A stretch of DNA of 63,975 nt, the filler included, from Octopus bimaculoides (taxonomy: Eukaryota): NCBI RefSeq assembly GCF_001194135.2. It is 8 parts of 7 records of this genome, joined end to end, with 100 filler letters (N's around TTAATTAATTAA, not from the genome) between each part and the next. Parts side by side here need not be neighbours in the genome. Positions count along the whole stretch, not along the records: positions 11,449 to 22,255 come from NC_069002.1; positions 22,356 to 36,487 come from NC_069007.1; 6 more parts are not named here. One strand, given 5' to 3'. A model generated the notes under the pieces. That model saw only the letters and a list, made by a program, of their open reading frames with translations. It was not told the origin of the DNA and did not search any database. Below are positions 11,688 to 24,565 of the stretch, in pieces. Made by a program: the position numbers and the translations under genes. Within the stretch, counting starts at the first letter, position 1, and each line of letters begins with the position of its first letter.

Positions 11688-11805
11688 AATGCTCGGTTAC
11701 AATTGTTTCGGTACCAACTCTGTTTTGGATGCCAGTTCCCATGAAAGTTCCGTGTTGGGAAGTTACATAATATTTGCGATTTTGGCACTTCTTCAGACTT
11801 GCACT
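11688..11805 (-). ncRNA. Type I hammerhead ribozyme candidate, intact core
   Basis: CUGAAGA (11796-11790), A, stem II GUGCCAA/UUGGUAC, C, GAAAC (11709-11705), palindromic AAUU, GUA cleavage triplet (11700-11698); stem I GU/AC plus AGUGC/GCAUU around an internal loop. Confidence 0.65.
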
Positions 11806-11827
11806 GATAATGTAAGAGCGTATCTTT

Positions 11828-11956
11828 TGTGCAGGTCTGAAGAAGTGCCACCCTAATGTTTAAAACCTCAAATAGTATCTTAATTTCTACGTGGAACGTT
11901 TACGTGAATTGGCATCGAAAACAGAGATGGTACAGAAGCAATTGTAACTAGTCGTT
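11828..11956 (+). ncRNA. Inverted second copy of the same hammerhead, core mutated (GAAA to GAAG)
   Basis: CTGAAGA 11837-11843, GTGCCA/TGGTAC, GAAGC-AATT-GTA 11935-11946; homologous to the minus copy. Confidence 0.6.
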
Positions 11957-12810
11957 AAAGATATGATAAACTCGTTCTTTATTTTCTTATCTTACCCAAC
12001 GCTAAACCTGCAGAAAAGTTTTATCGTTGTGTCACCTGAATAATTTACACCTGAAGAGTTTTGATCTTACTTACTCCAAGAGGGTACATAGCCTAAAACT
12101 GAGGTTGAATGCTACACTGGAAATGCTTCCATCTTTCTACTCTTCCAGGACCTCATATATATATGCACATACATTTATATACATATTATACGTACACATA
12201 CATACATACATACATACATACATACACACACGCACGCACGCACGCACGCACGCATGCACACATGCACACATACATACATACATACATACATACATACATA
12301 CATACATGCATGCATGCACACACTCACACATATAATCTATATATATAATTTAAGAGTGTGCGTATAAAGGAAGTTATCACCTGGAAATATATGCACATAT
12401 ACACACACGTATATAGATAAAAGAATACGATTCTATATACATACATTCAAATACACGTGCAACCATACATACATATATACAAACAAACATAAACATACCC
12501 ATTGATACAAGCACAAGAAAATGGTATTGAATTCATAAAGCCTGATGTAGAGTCTAACTATTAAAACTGAGCTACCGATTCTCATGTGCCAATTCTCCAT
12601 TATCCATTACAATATAAAAGGTTTAAATTGATATTCTATATTTGGTCATACAAATTTTAAATCGAAAAGATTCTGCGACTTAAAACTTCTAGAATTTAAA
12701 ATTAACTAGACATTGTGATTTACACCTGAGAGTGTCAGTATTTGACCATACATACATGCATGTGCATGTGTATGTGCATGTATTGATGCATCTATGTCTG
12801 TGCGTGTGTC

Positions 12811-12849
<39 letters not shown>

Positions 12850-12943
12850 ATGTGTGATTGTGTGTATGCAATCACAACCATTAGCTTACAGCTGTTTCTA
12901 CTATAAGATGCAGCGCACTCACAGCTGGGTGTAATATCCAGTA

Positions 12944-13006
12944 GCTTCTTTGGAGCCATGAAAATGAAGTGTATTTCGGGAAACATATTTATGGCTCCGG
13001 GGAAGC
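12944..13006 (+). ncRNA. 63-nt pre-miRNA-like hairpin (candidate)
   Basis: GCUUC/GAAGC, UUU/GGG wobbles, GGAGCCAU/AUGGCUCC, AAAAUG/CAUAUUU; two 23-nt arms and a 17-nt loop. Confidence 0.35.
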
Positions 13007-13084
13007 CCTAGCATGTTGTACAAGCATTCACATCTCAGTGCCACTAAAGTATTGTGAAGGTGCTCCAACGATTCTGCCAACCTG

Positions 13085-13280
13085 GCGTTCTAATAATAAG
13101 GTTCTAAAATCTTGGCACAAAGCCAGCAATTTGGGGGGGAGCACATAAGTTAATTATATCGACCCCCAGTGTTCGACTGGTACTTATTTATCGACTTTGA
13201 AAGGATTAAAGGGAAAGTCGACCTCGGCAAAATGCCACTAAGCATATTGCCTGGCGTGTTAACGATTCTGTCAGGTCGAC
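13085..13280 (-). mobile_element. SINE family B
   Basis: Reverse complement of the 4586-4800 type. Confidence 0.8.
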
Positions 13281-13319
13281 GACTTACAGGCGCCCTAGTG
13301 ATAATAATAATGATAATAA

Positions 13320-13372
<53 letters not shown>

Positions 13373-13374
13373 AG

Positions 13375-13585
13375 GAAACCTTATAACCATGTGTTGAGAA
13401 GGATTCTTTAGAGTTTGAATAATTCATCTCGGGAAACACGAGTGTTTCGTTCAACATCCTTAAACAACACTTATTCAGAGACCTTTTGAGCGGGGTGGGT
13501 TAATCGACCTGGGCCCCGCCTGCAAGGTCATGTGCTGTTTATCTTGATATGAGATCACCATGTAGCACACATATGGTTGTTAGCT
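13375..13585 (-). repeat. Unclassified dispersed repeat (family also at 35725 and 56650)
   Basis: Reverse complement matches GGTGATCTCA.ATCAA ... GACCTTGCAGG ... CTCTCAACACATGG of 56650-57170. Confidence 0.85.
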
Positions 13586-13589
13586 ATGA

Positions 13590-14250
13590 ATTCCTTAGCA
13601 ATTCCAGTCGTTATTTACAGTTATTTACAGTTTCAATGTGTTGAACTGGAATATGAGCGAAAGAAGGAAGAATGACAGGAAAATCCGTAAGCTGCTGACT
13701 TGCAATAAGATGCACCACCCAAAGGCAGACGCAGATCGTCTTTACCTATCCAGAGCTCAAGGAGGTCGAGGCTTGATCCAATATAAAATCTCTTACAAAA
13801 CTACCACAATTGGACTGACAAAATACCTTGAAACATCTAACGACTGGATGTTAAAGCTCGTTGAAAACCATGTAAGACGCAAGAAGCTACATTCTGCTAT
13901 GAAGGAGAGTAAAATATTTTCAAGTGAGTTTATGCATAATACCCAGGTTGAACAGCATGATGGAAATGCAGCAATTGTAGTTGCAAAGAAGGTGAAAACA
14001 ATAGCAAAGCAAAATGCGTTTGAACAATTGGCTGATAGGTGGGAACAAAAACCTCTGCATGGCAAATATGTGGACCGTAGCAGAAAAGCTGATGTAGACC
14101 AGAAGCACACACATCAGTGGCTACGGAGCTCAGGGCTAAAAGCAGAAAGTGAAGGCTTTATCTTGGCTTCTCAAGATCGGAACTTATTGACCCGGAACTA
14201 TCAGGCCAATGTGATGAAAATGGTCCAAAGTGCCGATACTGCAACGCCGA
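13590..14250 (+). mobile_element. R4/Dong-clade non-LTR retrotransposon fragment (post-RT region up to the Zn knuckle)
   Basis: NSLAIPVVIYS, MHHPKADADRLYLSRAQGGRGL, WEQKPLHGKY, QWLRSSGLKAESEGFILASQD, then KCRYC in another frame. Confidence 0.85.
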
Positions 14251-14279
14251 AAGGATGAAAGGCAAAGCCGATCTCGGCT

Positions 14280-14327
<48 letters not shown>

Positions 14328-14329
14328 CA

Positions 14330-14705
14330 CAAGACCTGAAATTTTGGGGGCAAAAGGGCTATTCGATTGCATTGATTCCAGTGCGTAACAGGTACTTATT
14401 TCATCGACCCCCCGAAAAGATGAAAGACAAAGTAGATTTCGGCGAAATTTGAAATCAGAACGTAAGGACGGATGAAATGCTACAAGGCATGCTAACGATT
14501 CTTCTAGTGCCGGGCCAGCAATTTTGAGGAGACGGAATAAATTGACATTATCGACCCCAATACGTGAATGGTACCTTTTTTTAAAAAATCGAACCTCGAA
14601 GAATGAAAAGAAAAGTTGACTTCGGCAGGATTTGAACTCAGAACGTAAAGGCGAATGACTAAATAACGCAGGCCATATTATCTGAGATTCTAACGATTTT
14701 ACCAA
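14330..14705 (-). mobile_element. Two tandem diverged SINE family B copies
   Basis: Two successive reverse-complement cores (about 14330-14505 and 14512-14705). Confidence 0.75.
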
Positions 14706-14850
14706 TGAACCAATAATGGTTTGATCAAACAAAATTGGAACAGTGAGCATAAGGTGTATTTGTCACGTACAGGTGGGAATGCTCCAGTATAGGCTCATTC
14801 CAATAACTAAAGCCAATATAAACAAAGTATAAAAATATATAAATAAACAC

Positions 14851-15013
14851 AGGTGCAGGTGTGGTTGTATGGTAAAAAGTTTGCTTCTCAACTACATGGT
14901 TTCGGGTTCAGTCCGACTGCGTGGCACCTTGGACAAGTGTCTTCTACTAAAGCCTCGGGCCGACCAAAGCCTTGTGAGTAGATTTGGTAGATGGAAACTG
15001 AAAGAAGTCCGTC

Positions 15014-15061
<48 letters not shown>

Positions 15062-15290
15062 TTATGTGTGTATGTATGTATCTGTGTTTGTCTTCCAACC
15101 CACTGCTTGACAACCTATGTTGGTGTGTTTATATCCCCGTAACTTAGCGGATCGGTATAAAGAGACCTATAGAACAAGTACTAGGTTGAAAAGAAGAAGT
15201 CCTAGGGTCGATGTGTTCGACTAAAAACGTCTTTAAGGCGGTGCTCCAGCATGGCTGAAATCAAATGACAAAAACAAGTAAAAGAATAAA
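14851..15290 (+). mobile_element. SINE family A, full length with internal (TG)n
   Basis: AGGTGCAGGTGTGG head through ACAAGTAAAAGAATAAA tail. Confidence 0.9.
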
Positions 15291-16071
15291 GCATCAAAGA
15301 CGCGATGAGAGCATTTTAGGGAGCCTGGTGTGAAAACCGTAAGTAAACAATTTGTCATTAAGGACCACACGTATTACATACCTGCATCTATCATCGTCAA
15401 CAACAAGGCCACCACAAGCCTCCCCGTAACAGTACTCCATCACCGCGCCAATCTATCTTAGCCAGGAAATCTTCCCCACATCCTACAACCGTATACTTCA
15501 CCATTCTCTGCACTACATTTCACCCCCTTTACCGATGCTATCTAATCCAGAGCCCCCACCTAATCCACAACCGCCCCAACCCCGACGATTCATCCACCCA
15601 TCCATTTGTCCTATCTCCTCCTCCACAATAAATCTATCAAACAGTTTTCTATAAGCCTCCACCCTCTTCATTCTGCTTGTTTGTTTTGTCTTTGTCTGTC
15701 TGTCTGTCTGTCTGTCTATCTGTGTGTCTTAGGGGAGTCTGGGAGTCTTTATTTCTGCCGAGGACTTTCTAACTATCAAGCCATGAATCTACATCTATAC
15801 ACCACATGTTCCTTTGTGCGTATCTGTGTCTCTGTATTTACACCCATACGTACACACACGCGCGCACACACACACATACATACATGCATACATCCATCCA
15901 TACATACAGACATACATACATACGTACATACATGCACACACACACACACACACACATATATAATGTGTATACATATAAGTACATCTACATAGATGTATAT
16001 ATAAAATATATATCTATATGCATATCATATATATAATTATGTAGCTACATATATATTATATTTGTGCATAT

Positions 16072-16139
<68 letters not shown>

Positions 16140-16164
16140 ATACATACATACATACATACATGCA

Positions 16165-16198
<34 letters not shown>

Positions 16199-16957
16199 CA
16201 TACATATACCATCATACACACAGACACACACACATATGCAGTATACTTAAATAAGTACAATAAATACATGCAATTGTGCACGAGAATATTTGTTTATATA
16301 GGTAGACATGAACACTCACACACACACACAAAGGTATATACATCATGTATATATTTTCTGTGTAGACACACACACACGCAAACACACCCACACACATCCA
16401 CGCAATAATATAACACTCCATTTTATCGTTGTTCCGTGTGTTTCGTCTCCATCTTCTATCTTCTTGCTCATCTTCTGTTTGTTTAACCACCCAGCCAGCC
16501 AGCCAACCAACCAGCCAACCAGCCTACCAACCAACCAACCAGCCAATCAGCCACCCACCTACCCACCTACCCACCCAGCTACACTCTGCACCCAGCCAAC
16601 TAGCCAGGCGGTCATGTAGTACCCCAGTATTTAGGGCTGATCACAGAGAAAAACTTCTAGCTTTTAGCTGGGGTTCATTTTTATAGACATTGGTCCCGCT
16701 TGGTGGCGTGTGTAATTAGGGGCTAAGAGAACCGACAATACCCCTCCCTTTCTCTCTTTTTCCATCTCTTTCTCTCTGTGGCTGTCTGTCTGTCTGTCTC
16801 TCTCCCTTTGCTTTTTTTTTCTCTCTCTCTCTCCCTCTTCCGACACATGCACACGCACAGGAATAAACTGATACCCATGGACACGCACTAATACACATAC
16901 TCTCATATAATCGTGCACACATAATCGACACACTCATGCACAGATTATACATACACA

Positions 16958-17009
<52 letters not shown>

Positions 17010-17499
17010 NNNNNNNNNNNNNNNNNNNNNNNNNNNNNNNNNNNNNNNNNNNNNNNNNNNNNNNNNNNNNNNNNNNNNNNNNNNNNNNNNNNNNNNNNNN
17101 NNNNNNNNNNNNNNNNNNNNNNNNNNNNNNNNNNNNNNNNNNNNNNNNNNNNNNNNNNNNNNNNNNNNNNNNNNNNNNNNNNNNNNNNNNNNNNNNNNNN
17201 NNNNNNNNNNNNNNNNNNNNNNNNNNNNNNNNNNNNNNNNNNNNNNNNNNNNNNNNNNNNNNNNNNNNNNNNNNNNNNNNNNNNNNNNNNNNNNNNNNNN
17301 NNNNNNNNNNNNNNNNNNNNNNNNNNNNNNNNNNNNNNNNNNNNNNNNNNNNNNNNNNNNNNNNNNNNNNNNNNNNNNNNNNNNNNNNNNNNNNNNNNNN
17401 NNNNNNNNNNNNNNNNNNNNNNNNNNNNNNNNNNNNNNNATATATATATATAAAGAGAGAGAGAGAGAAAGTGAGAGAGAGAGAAAGTGAGCGAGGAAG

Positions 17500-17540
<41 letters not shown>

Positions 17541-17542
<2 letters not shown>

Positions 17543-18395
17543 GCCAGTCTACGGGATTACCCTGGGTATTACGCCGGAAAGACGTTTTGCTTTACAGCGT
17601 ATCTTCAAACCGTAAACCTGTTGGCCTATGGCCTCACTAGAAAATGGAAGAGGAAAAGACTTCGTTATTCTGTCAACAACAGAGGATTGTCTCTCTTTGG
17701 CCGTTATTCGTAATTGACAGGAATTTCCTGAAGTGCAAACAGGGTCCGAAGACTTTCGTTCTGGAGTTAAGGATGTTCCCTGTATCGAGGGAGTCCTTTA
17801 ATATCCTCATCCGTTCGGCTATGCACGATTTACAACGAACATTGACAACACTCGAACGGGGAGATACATCGGATGCTCCGGTAACACGTCCAAGCAACGC
17901 CTCTCCAATCCTCTTTCAGGATACTGGAAAGGAGATACGCAACGTCATTAGCTTGCCATATATGGCAGCTGAAGGATGAAGGGATTCCACGCATAATATC
18001 ATAGGGAATCTTAGAAAATCCAAGCCCCCTACATAAACGGGACCAAATGTTGTAAATTGTGCATAACCGAACGGACGAGGATATTGAAGGACTCCCTCGA
18101 CCCAGGGAACATCCTTAACACCAGAATGGAAGTCTTCGGACCCTGCTTGCACTTCAGGAAATTCCTGCAGGCATTCTTGGATCCACACCCTAACTGAGTC
18201 AATTACGAATAACGGCCAAAGGGAGGCAATCCTCTGTTGTTGATATAGAGTAACAAAGTCTTTTCCTCTTCCAATTTCTAGAGAGGCCACTTGCTAGAGA
18301 GGCCATAGGTCAACAGGTTTAGGGTCTAATGAGACGCTGTAATAAAGCTAAGCACTTTATGGACGTGAAACCTAAAGTAATCTCATAAACCTGCC
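17541..18395 (+). mobile_element. 5'-truncated PLE (GIY-YIG C-terminus and 3' repeat) preceded by an inverted copy of its own 3' end
   Basis: Plus strand RYIGCSGNTSKQRLSN, HIWQLKDEG, CKLCITER, LNTRMEVFGPCLH; 17541-17836 is the reverse complement of 18049-18395. Confidence 0.9.
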
Positions 18396-18500
18396 TTATC
18401 TATCTTTATCTACATACTATACTGCTCTATAACTTAGGGTTCTTTTCGGGCCATAATTGACCGCTAAATCCACAGGTTTTTTTTACTTTCTCTCTTTCGT

Positions 18501-18541
<41 letters not shown>

Positions 18542-20892
18542 NNNNNNNNNNTCCCTCCCTCTCTCTCTCTCTCCCTCTCTCTCTCTGTTTATCTTCACGA
18601 TAGTTCTATGGCAAACATATTGCGGAGTTCCTTCTAAATAAAACAGTCAAGACGTGTTTAAACGCTGGGGATATTTTGGGCGAAATATTTTAATTTGAAG
18701 CAATACATTGTGTGTGTGTATGTGTGTGTAGGAAACGACACAGTTTGCAACCATTGTTACAAATCCTTTGAAAATCATACAAACATGAAATCGGTTAAGT
18801 GTCGATGTAATCGATTTACCCGCTCTTCGGAAATTGGTGGCTTTGTGCCAAAATTTGAAACCAAGACTAATATAAATAAATCTTCCTTTACATTCTCAGC
18901 ATATTTCAGCTTCATTTCTTTGTTTCTATACAACTACCTTTGTGGATAAGTAAATGTTTTACACACAGACACATACATATACATGTATAAACACACTCAC
19001 GTGCACAGACGCGCGCGCGCGCGCACATACTCGCAATCACATACACACACACACACGTATATGCTCCATAGAATAATATTTATTTCTATAGAATATTAAA
19101 TAAAAATATGAAATATTTTTTGAAATATTTAAAATATTTTAAATTAAAAAGATGTGAATGTGTGTGTGTGCGTGTGTTTGTGTGTGTGTGTGTGTGTGTA
19201 TATACAATTGTATGTATGTATGCATGTATGTATGTATGTATATATGTATGTATGTGTAAGAGAAAATGAGGAGTGAGTTAGAGAGCAGAGGAAGTGACGT
19301 AATCACCGGCATTAAAGAAAACCACTCAGACGCACAGACAGACATACACACACACACACACTCTCTCTCACACACACGCACGCACACACGCACACACACA
19401 CACACACGCACACACGCACACACACACACGCACACACACGCGCGCACACACACACACGCACCCTCCGCGCGCGCATACTGTAGTAATATAAATTCCATAT
19501 GGCATCATTTCCCAGATTCCACGAGAGGAACCAATACCATCAGTTGTATTAATCGATATCATCAATAACAACTGATTTGAATTTACGAGTCTTTCCATTC
19601 GTAACTGGTCAATTATTTGCAGAAGAGGGATTAAATATAACTGGTACTTATCAGTGGCTATTGTTGACTAATCCATGAGAAAAACCTATGATAAACGACA
19701 CTCCAATCAAGACAAACCCGTCTATATTTTTGCGTTGGATTACCTGATCTTACAATAATCTTATAGATTCTCTCTCGAAAGGTGTTGTAATTTAGCCCCA
19801 GGTCAGCCATGAATGAGAAGATTTATGACACAAAACGTCTCCCCTCACGATTAGTTACCTATTCTCTTTATATTTCATGCTAAATTATTCAATATACACT
19901 TCATTCTTTTAAGATGAAAGACTGAGGTTTGAAGGCAATTTTCCTGTCCTGTCCAGCAGACCCAGCTGCCATATAAACGCCAACACCGTTTTACCAAGTC
20001 TTTTATATATTTTGTTGACTGAAATTAAAATGGCTTCCCTTTCTAGAAGGGAAAACAAGTACTTGGTTTCTAACTTTGACACCAAGCTATACACCTGGAG
20101 AAAAATAACAGATAATCGATTGAACTGACCTCAGTATAAATTTATTCACTCCTTGAGCAAAAAAAAGAAAAAGGAAGCATCGATTTGATTTGAAATCATT
20201 ATGCCATTCTTTTGAAGTTTTTATTCAGATGTAGGTTTTGAGGCTAATTAGGAAAATCCCATTCAGTTTTTGGAGAAATCTACAAGCAAGTTTTAGACAG
20301 TCTAACCGGTGTTTGTATTTACATTGCTCAAGGAGTGAATAAATTCATACCAGTAATATACTAGGTTCAATTAAATTGAAACAAGTAAAAGAGTAAAAGA
20401 AAAAAGAGTATTCTTTTACTTTTAGGTCCATAGTAAAAACCACAAGGTTCGACGTTTCAACGATTTTATCAATAAAAGTTTCCCTCCAAATCTTCAACAA
20501 AAAATTACAGTTTTTCTACCGTATAAGATGACCATCACAGACCCCCAGCACTCATCCACTCCACCGCATAGCTGCATCTTTGAAACTTTGAAATTTCAAA
20601 CTGAATTCTTGATGGATTCTTTATATTTCCTTATTTATTTACATCTGATATTTTTGAGTGAATTAATGATCACTTAGGAGGGAAGGATTGTTTACTACAA
20701 CAAAACTCATCACTAAATACTCATAAATATTCATTAATGAATAAGACAAAACAAAAATAGTATCTCATTAAGCTAGTAATTAAAATATATTCCTTCCTGT
20801 CTTTCAATGAAATGAGAAGGAAATAAAGTGGAAAGAAATATTTATATTAGGAAGAATTGATTGTTGGGGGAAGACCAAAAGCAAGGGAACCT

Positions 20893-20928
<36 letters not shown>

Positions 20929-21077
20929 AGGGACTTTGATAGCAAGGGAACGTTTTCAAGTGGTTACATGACATGCTAGAAATAACCGTTAAATTTACAG
21001 CGAATCCTTTCTTAGGAACATAAAAAGTAACATGTATTAATATATGAAAATTTATAGAAGCATATGTATTCATATAT

Positions 21078-21142
<65 letters not shown>

Positions 21143-21445
21143 TTTGGAGTTTTGAAATGCACATTCATTTTTGTTTAACTAATTGTTAATTAAGCCATGT
21201 AATATCTATCAATTCTTCTTCCATTTGATAGATCCACANNNNNNNNNNNNNNNNNNNNNNNNNNNNNNNNNNNNNNNNNNNNNNNNNNNNNNNNNNNNNN
21301 NNNNNNNNNNNNNNNNNNNNNNNNNNNNNNNNNNNNNNNNNNNNNNNNNNNNNNNNNNNNNNNNNNNNNNNTATATATATATATATATATACACACATAC
21401 ATATATGTATACACACACACAAGTAAAACAGTATACATATAAACA

Positions 21446-21485
<40 letters not shown>

Positions 21486-21500
21486 CGCGCGTGTGTGTGT

Positions 21501-21687
21501 AGGCCCATGGCTCAGTGGTTACGGTGTTGAACTTATAATCGTAAGATTGTGGTTTCGAGTCCTTTCGACGCATTGTGTTCTTGATCAAGGCACTTTATTT
21601 TACGTTACTCCAGTTCGTTCAACTTGCGCAGAATGAGTAATCCTGCGACAGAGTAGTGTCTCGTCCAGGGGTAAGTATATGCACCAC
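21501..21687 (+). mobile_element. tRNA-headed SINE with V-domain-like core (family C)
   Basis: GGCTCAGTGG A-box, GGTTTCGAGTCC B-box-like, TGTGTTCTTGATCAAGGCACTTTATTT core, CCTGCGAC..CGTCCAGGGG tail. Confidence 0.7.
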
Positions 21688-21946
21688 AAAAAACGAGAAA
21701 GATAGATAGGTACATAGATAGACAGAAAGATAGATAGATAGATACATACATACATACATACATACATACATTTCCAGACGGATAGACAGACAGACAGACA
21801 GATAGATAGATACAGATATAAATATGTGTGAATGTATATACACGGAACCCGTCGGTATTCAAGGTTTTATAAATGGTCATGTGTCTATATTTATGTATTA
21901 ATTCATGGGTTCTTAAGACATTGTGAGCTTGTCTATATGCGTGTGC

Positions 21947-21990
<44 letters not shown>

Positions 21991-22355
21991 NNNNNNNNNN
22001 TATACACACACGCACACACAACACGGAATAAGCATGAATTGATAACAGCTTCATATTGTATGACGTCCTGCACCGAAATCCCATCAGAGCCACCACCGTA
22101 AACCACACCACTACCATCACCACTACCACTGCAACCACCAACACGACTGCCAACATCACCTTCACTTCCACCATCGCCTTCACTTCCACCATCAACTTCA
22201 CCTCCACCACTACCACCACCACCACCACCACCACCACTTCCACCACCACCACAACNNNNNNNNNNNNNNNNNNNNNNNNNNNNNNNNNNNNNNNNNNNNT
22301 TAATTAATTAANNNNNNNNNNNNNNNNNNNNNNNNNNNNNNNNNNNNNNNNNNNN

Positions 22356-22391
<36 letters not shown>

Positions 22392-22394
22392 TAT

Positions 22395-23230
22395 ATCATC
22401 ATTGTTTAATGTCCGCTTTCTGTGCTGGCATGGGTTGGATGTTTGACATGGAGCTGACCAGCTGGGTGCTGTCTAGACTCCAGCTGTCTGTTTTGGCTGG
22501 ATGCCCTTCCTAGCGCCAACCACTTTGTAGAGTATGCTGGGTGCGTTTTACATGCCACCAGGTGCATCTATGCATCACTGGCACAGGTGTGTTAATGCAG
22601 CTCCAGCATGGATGCTTTTTAAGTGGCACCAGCACCTGGAAGGACTAGCCTGTATGTATAGCTTGACAAGTACAACAAATTCTTTTCTACTCTAGGCACA
22701 AGGCCCCTAGTACAAATTGCCACATCCTCCGGTCCCTCAGTGAATCCCAGCACCTGAAGATCCTTTCTCACCACTTCATGGATCTACACCTTTTGCAGGT
22801 ACCCGCCACAGTTAGAGCTTGGCACTTCTTTATGCACCTGTCCTCATCTATAGGCAGCCCATGACAAAATCAGGTTCGTCTTCTCTCTTGCACCCAACAT
22901 CTGATGCCTCTTATACCCAGTTTTCCTCTTAGATCATTTACACTCTGCCGTTCATCCACACTGACATTACCTATTCAGCAGAGAATGCTAGTTTCATTTT
23001 CAAAGCATCCGTAAGTCTTCTGTAGTCAAAGTCCATGATTCACTGCCAAGTGACATAGCTGTAAGTAAACAGGCATCATACAATCTACCTTTCACTCTGA
23101 GGGAGAGGCTCTTAGTTACCAACAAAGGCAGAAGCTCTCTGAACTTTGCACAGCCCATTCTTATCCTAGCAACTACACTTTCAAAACTCCCTCCACCACT
23201 GTTATCACTTCAAAAGTCCAGTGGTGATAG
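22395..23230 (-). mobile_element. RTE-clade LINE, decayed 3' portion with (GAT)n tail
   Basis: Reverse complement matches the RT C-terminus and 3' UTR of the 32082 and 50290 copies. Confidence 0.85.
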
Positions 23231-23429
23231 GGAAGTGATAGGGAAAGAGGTGATGGGAATAGGTAGAAGATGCTACTAGAAGTCTTTAGCTATGACTTCA
23301 AACACAGGCAGCAATTGTGTGATGGTCGCTTATAACCGTCTCTTGTTGAATCCTCCTCATTCACTGAAGCAATGAGGGGGTCCAGCAGCGTACCCGGTTA
23401 TATGAGGTAGTATTTTTAATAGCATATTT

Positions 23430-23593
23430 AGGCACAGGCATGGCTGTGTGGTAAGAAGCTTGCTTCCCAACTATGTGGTTCGAGAGTCAATCCCACTGTG
23501 TGGGACCTTGGTTAAGTGTCTTCAATTATAGCCTTGGACCAACCAAAGCCTTGTGAGTAGGTTTGATAGACAGGGACTGAAAGAAGCCTGTTG
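23430..23593 (+). mobile_element. SINE family A, 5' half
   Basis: AGGCACAGGCATGGCTGTGTGGTAAG ... CTGAAAGAAGCC. Confidence 0.85.
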
Positions 23594-23616
23594 TATATAT
23601 ATATATATATATATAT

Positions 23617-23956
23617 ACCTTTCCTTCATTGGACACTAAACTCTGCTTGCGAAGACCTCTTGAGGCAAGTGAAATCGAAATCAAAATCAAATTCAATGAC
23701 TGGCATCCGTGCTAGTGGAGCACTAAGAGCACCATCCGTGCATGATCGTTGCCAGTATCATGTGTCTGGCCCTCGTGCTGGTAGTACGTAAAAGCACCCA
23801 CGACACTCTCAGAGTGGTTGGCATTAGGCAGGGCATCCAGCTGTAGAAACTCTGCCAAATCAGATTGGAGCCTGCTGTAGCCATCTGGTTTGCCAGTCCT
23901 CAGTCAAATCGTCCAACCCATGCCAGCATGGAAAGCAGACGTTAAACAATGATGAT
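23617..23956 (+). mobile_element. RTE LINE 3' UTR
   Basis: GTAAAAGCACCCAC ... GGCATCCAGCTGTAGAAAC ... GCATGGAAAGCAGACGTTAAACAATGATGAT. Confidence 0.85.
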
Positions 23957-24140
23957 ATATATATATATAATGAATGAGGGGAATCATTTCTCTCATTCAT
24001 TATAATCTCAATGAACAGCGCAGAATTCCTGACAGAGGTCCAGCATAACTGTGGACAACATCAGGTAACGTATATGATGTAAGTGCTTTGATTGGCATAC
24101 TACTAGTTATATACCCAAAGTCCAAATAGTTAATTACTTT

Positions 24141-24189
<49 letters not shown>

Positions 24190-24210
24190 GAGTGCGTGTG
24201 TGTGTGCTGG

Positions 24211-24565
24211 TGTGGCTATGTGTTCAGTCCCACTGCATGGCACCTTGGGCAAGTGTCTTCTACTATAGACTCAGGCCGGCCAAAGCCTTGTGAGTGGATT
24301 TGGTAGGTGGAAACTGAAAGAAGCCCATTGTATATACATCTACGTGTGTATGTCTTCATGTCAGTCTTTTTCCCCTCCCCCCATACACTGCTTGACAACC
24401 GGTATTGATTTGTTCACTTCCCTGTGACTTAGTGGTTTGGCAAAGGAGATTGACAGAATAAATACTGGGCTTAAAAAAAAAGTACTGGGGTCGATTCACT
24501 TGTCCTGAAGTTCTTCAAAGTGGTGCCCCAGCATGGCCACAATCTAATGACTGACACAAATTTAA
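24211..24565 (+). mobile_element. SINE family A, diverged
   Basis: Matches the family A core and tail. Confidence 0.8.

Noticed and set aside
7500-21560. tRNA genes at the SINE heads (7500-7568, 21501-21560)
   Set aside because: A/B boxes are present but there is no closed cloverleaf, and they continue into SINE bodies.
22056-22255. Thr-rich mucin-like ORF
   Set aside because: Degenerate (ACC)n repeat ending in a gap; open frames are expected by composition.
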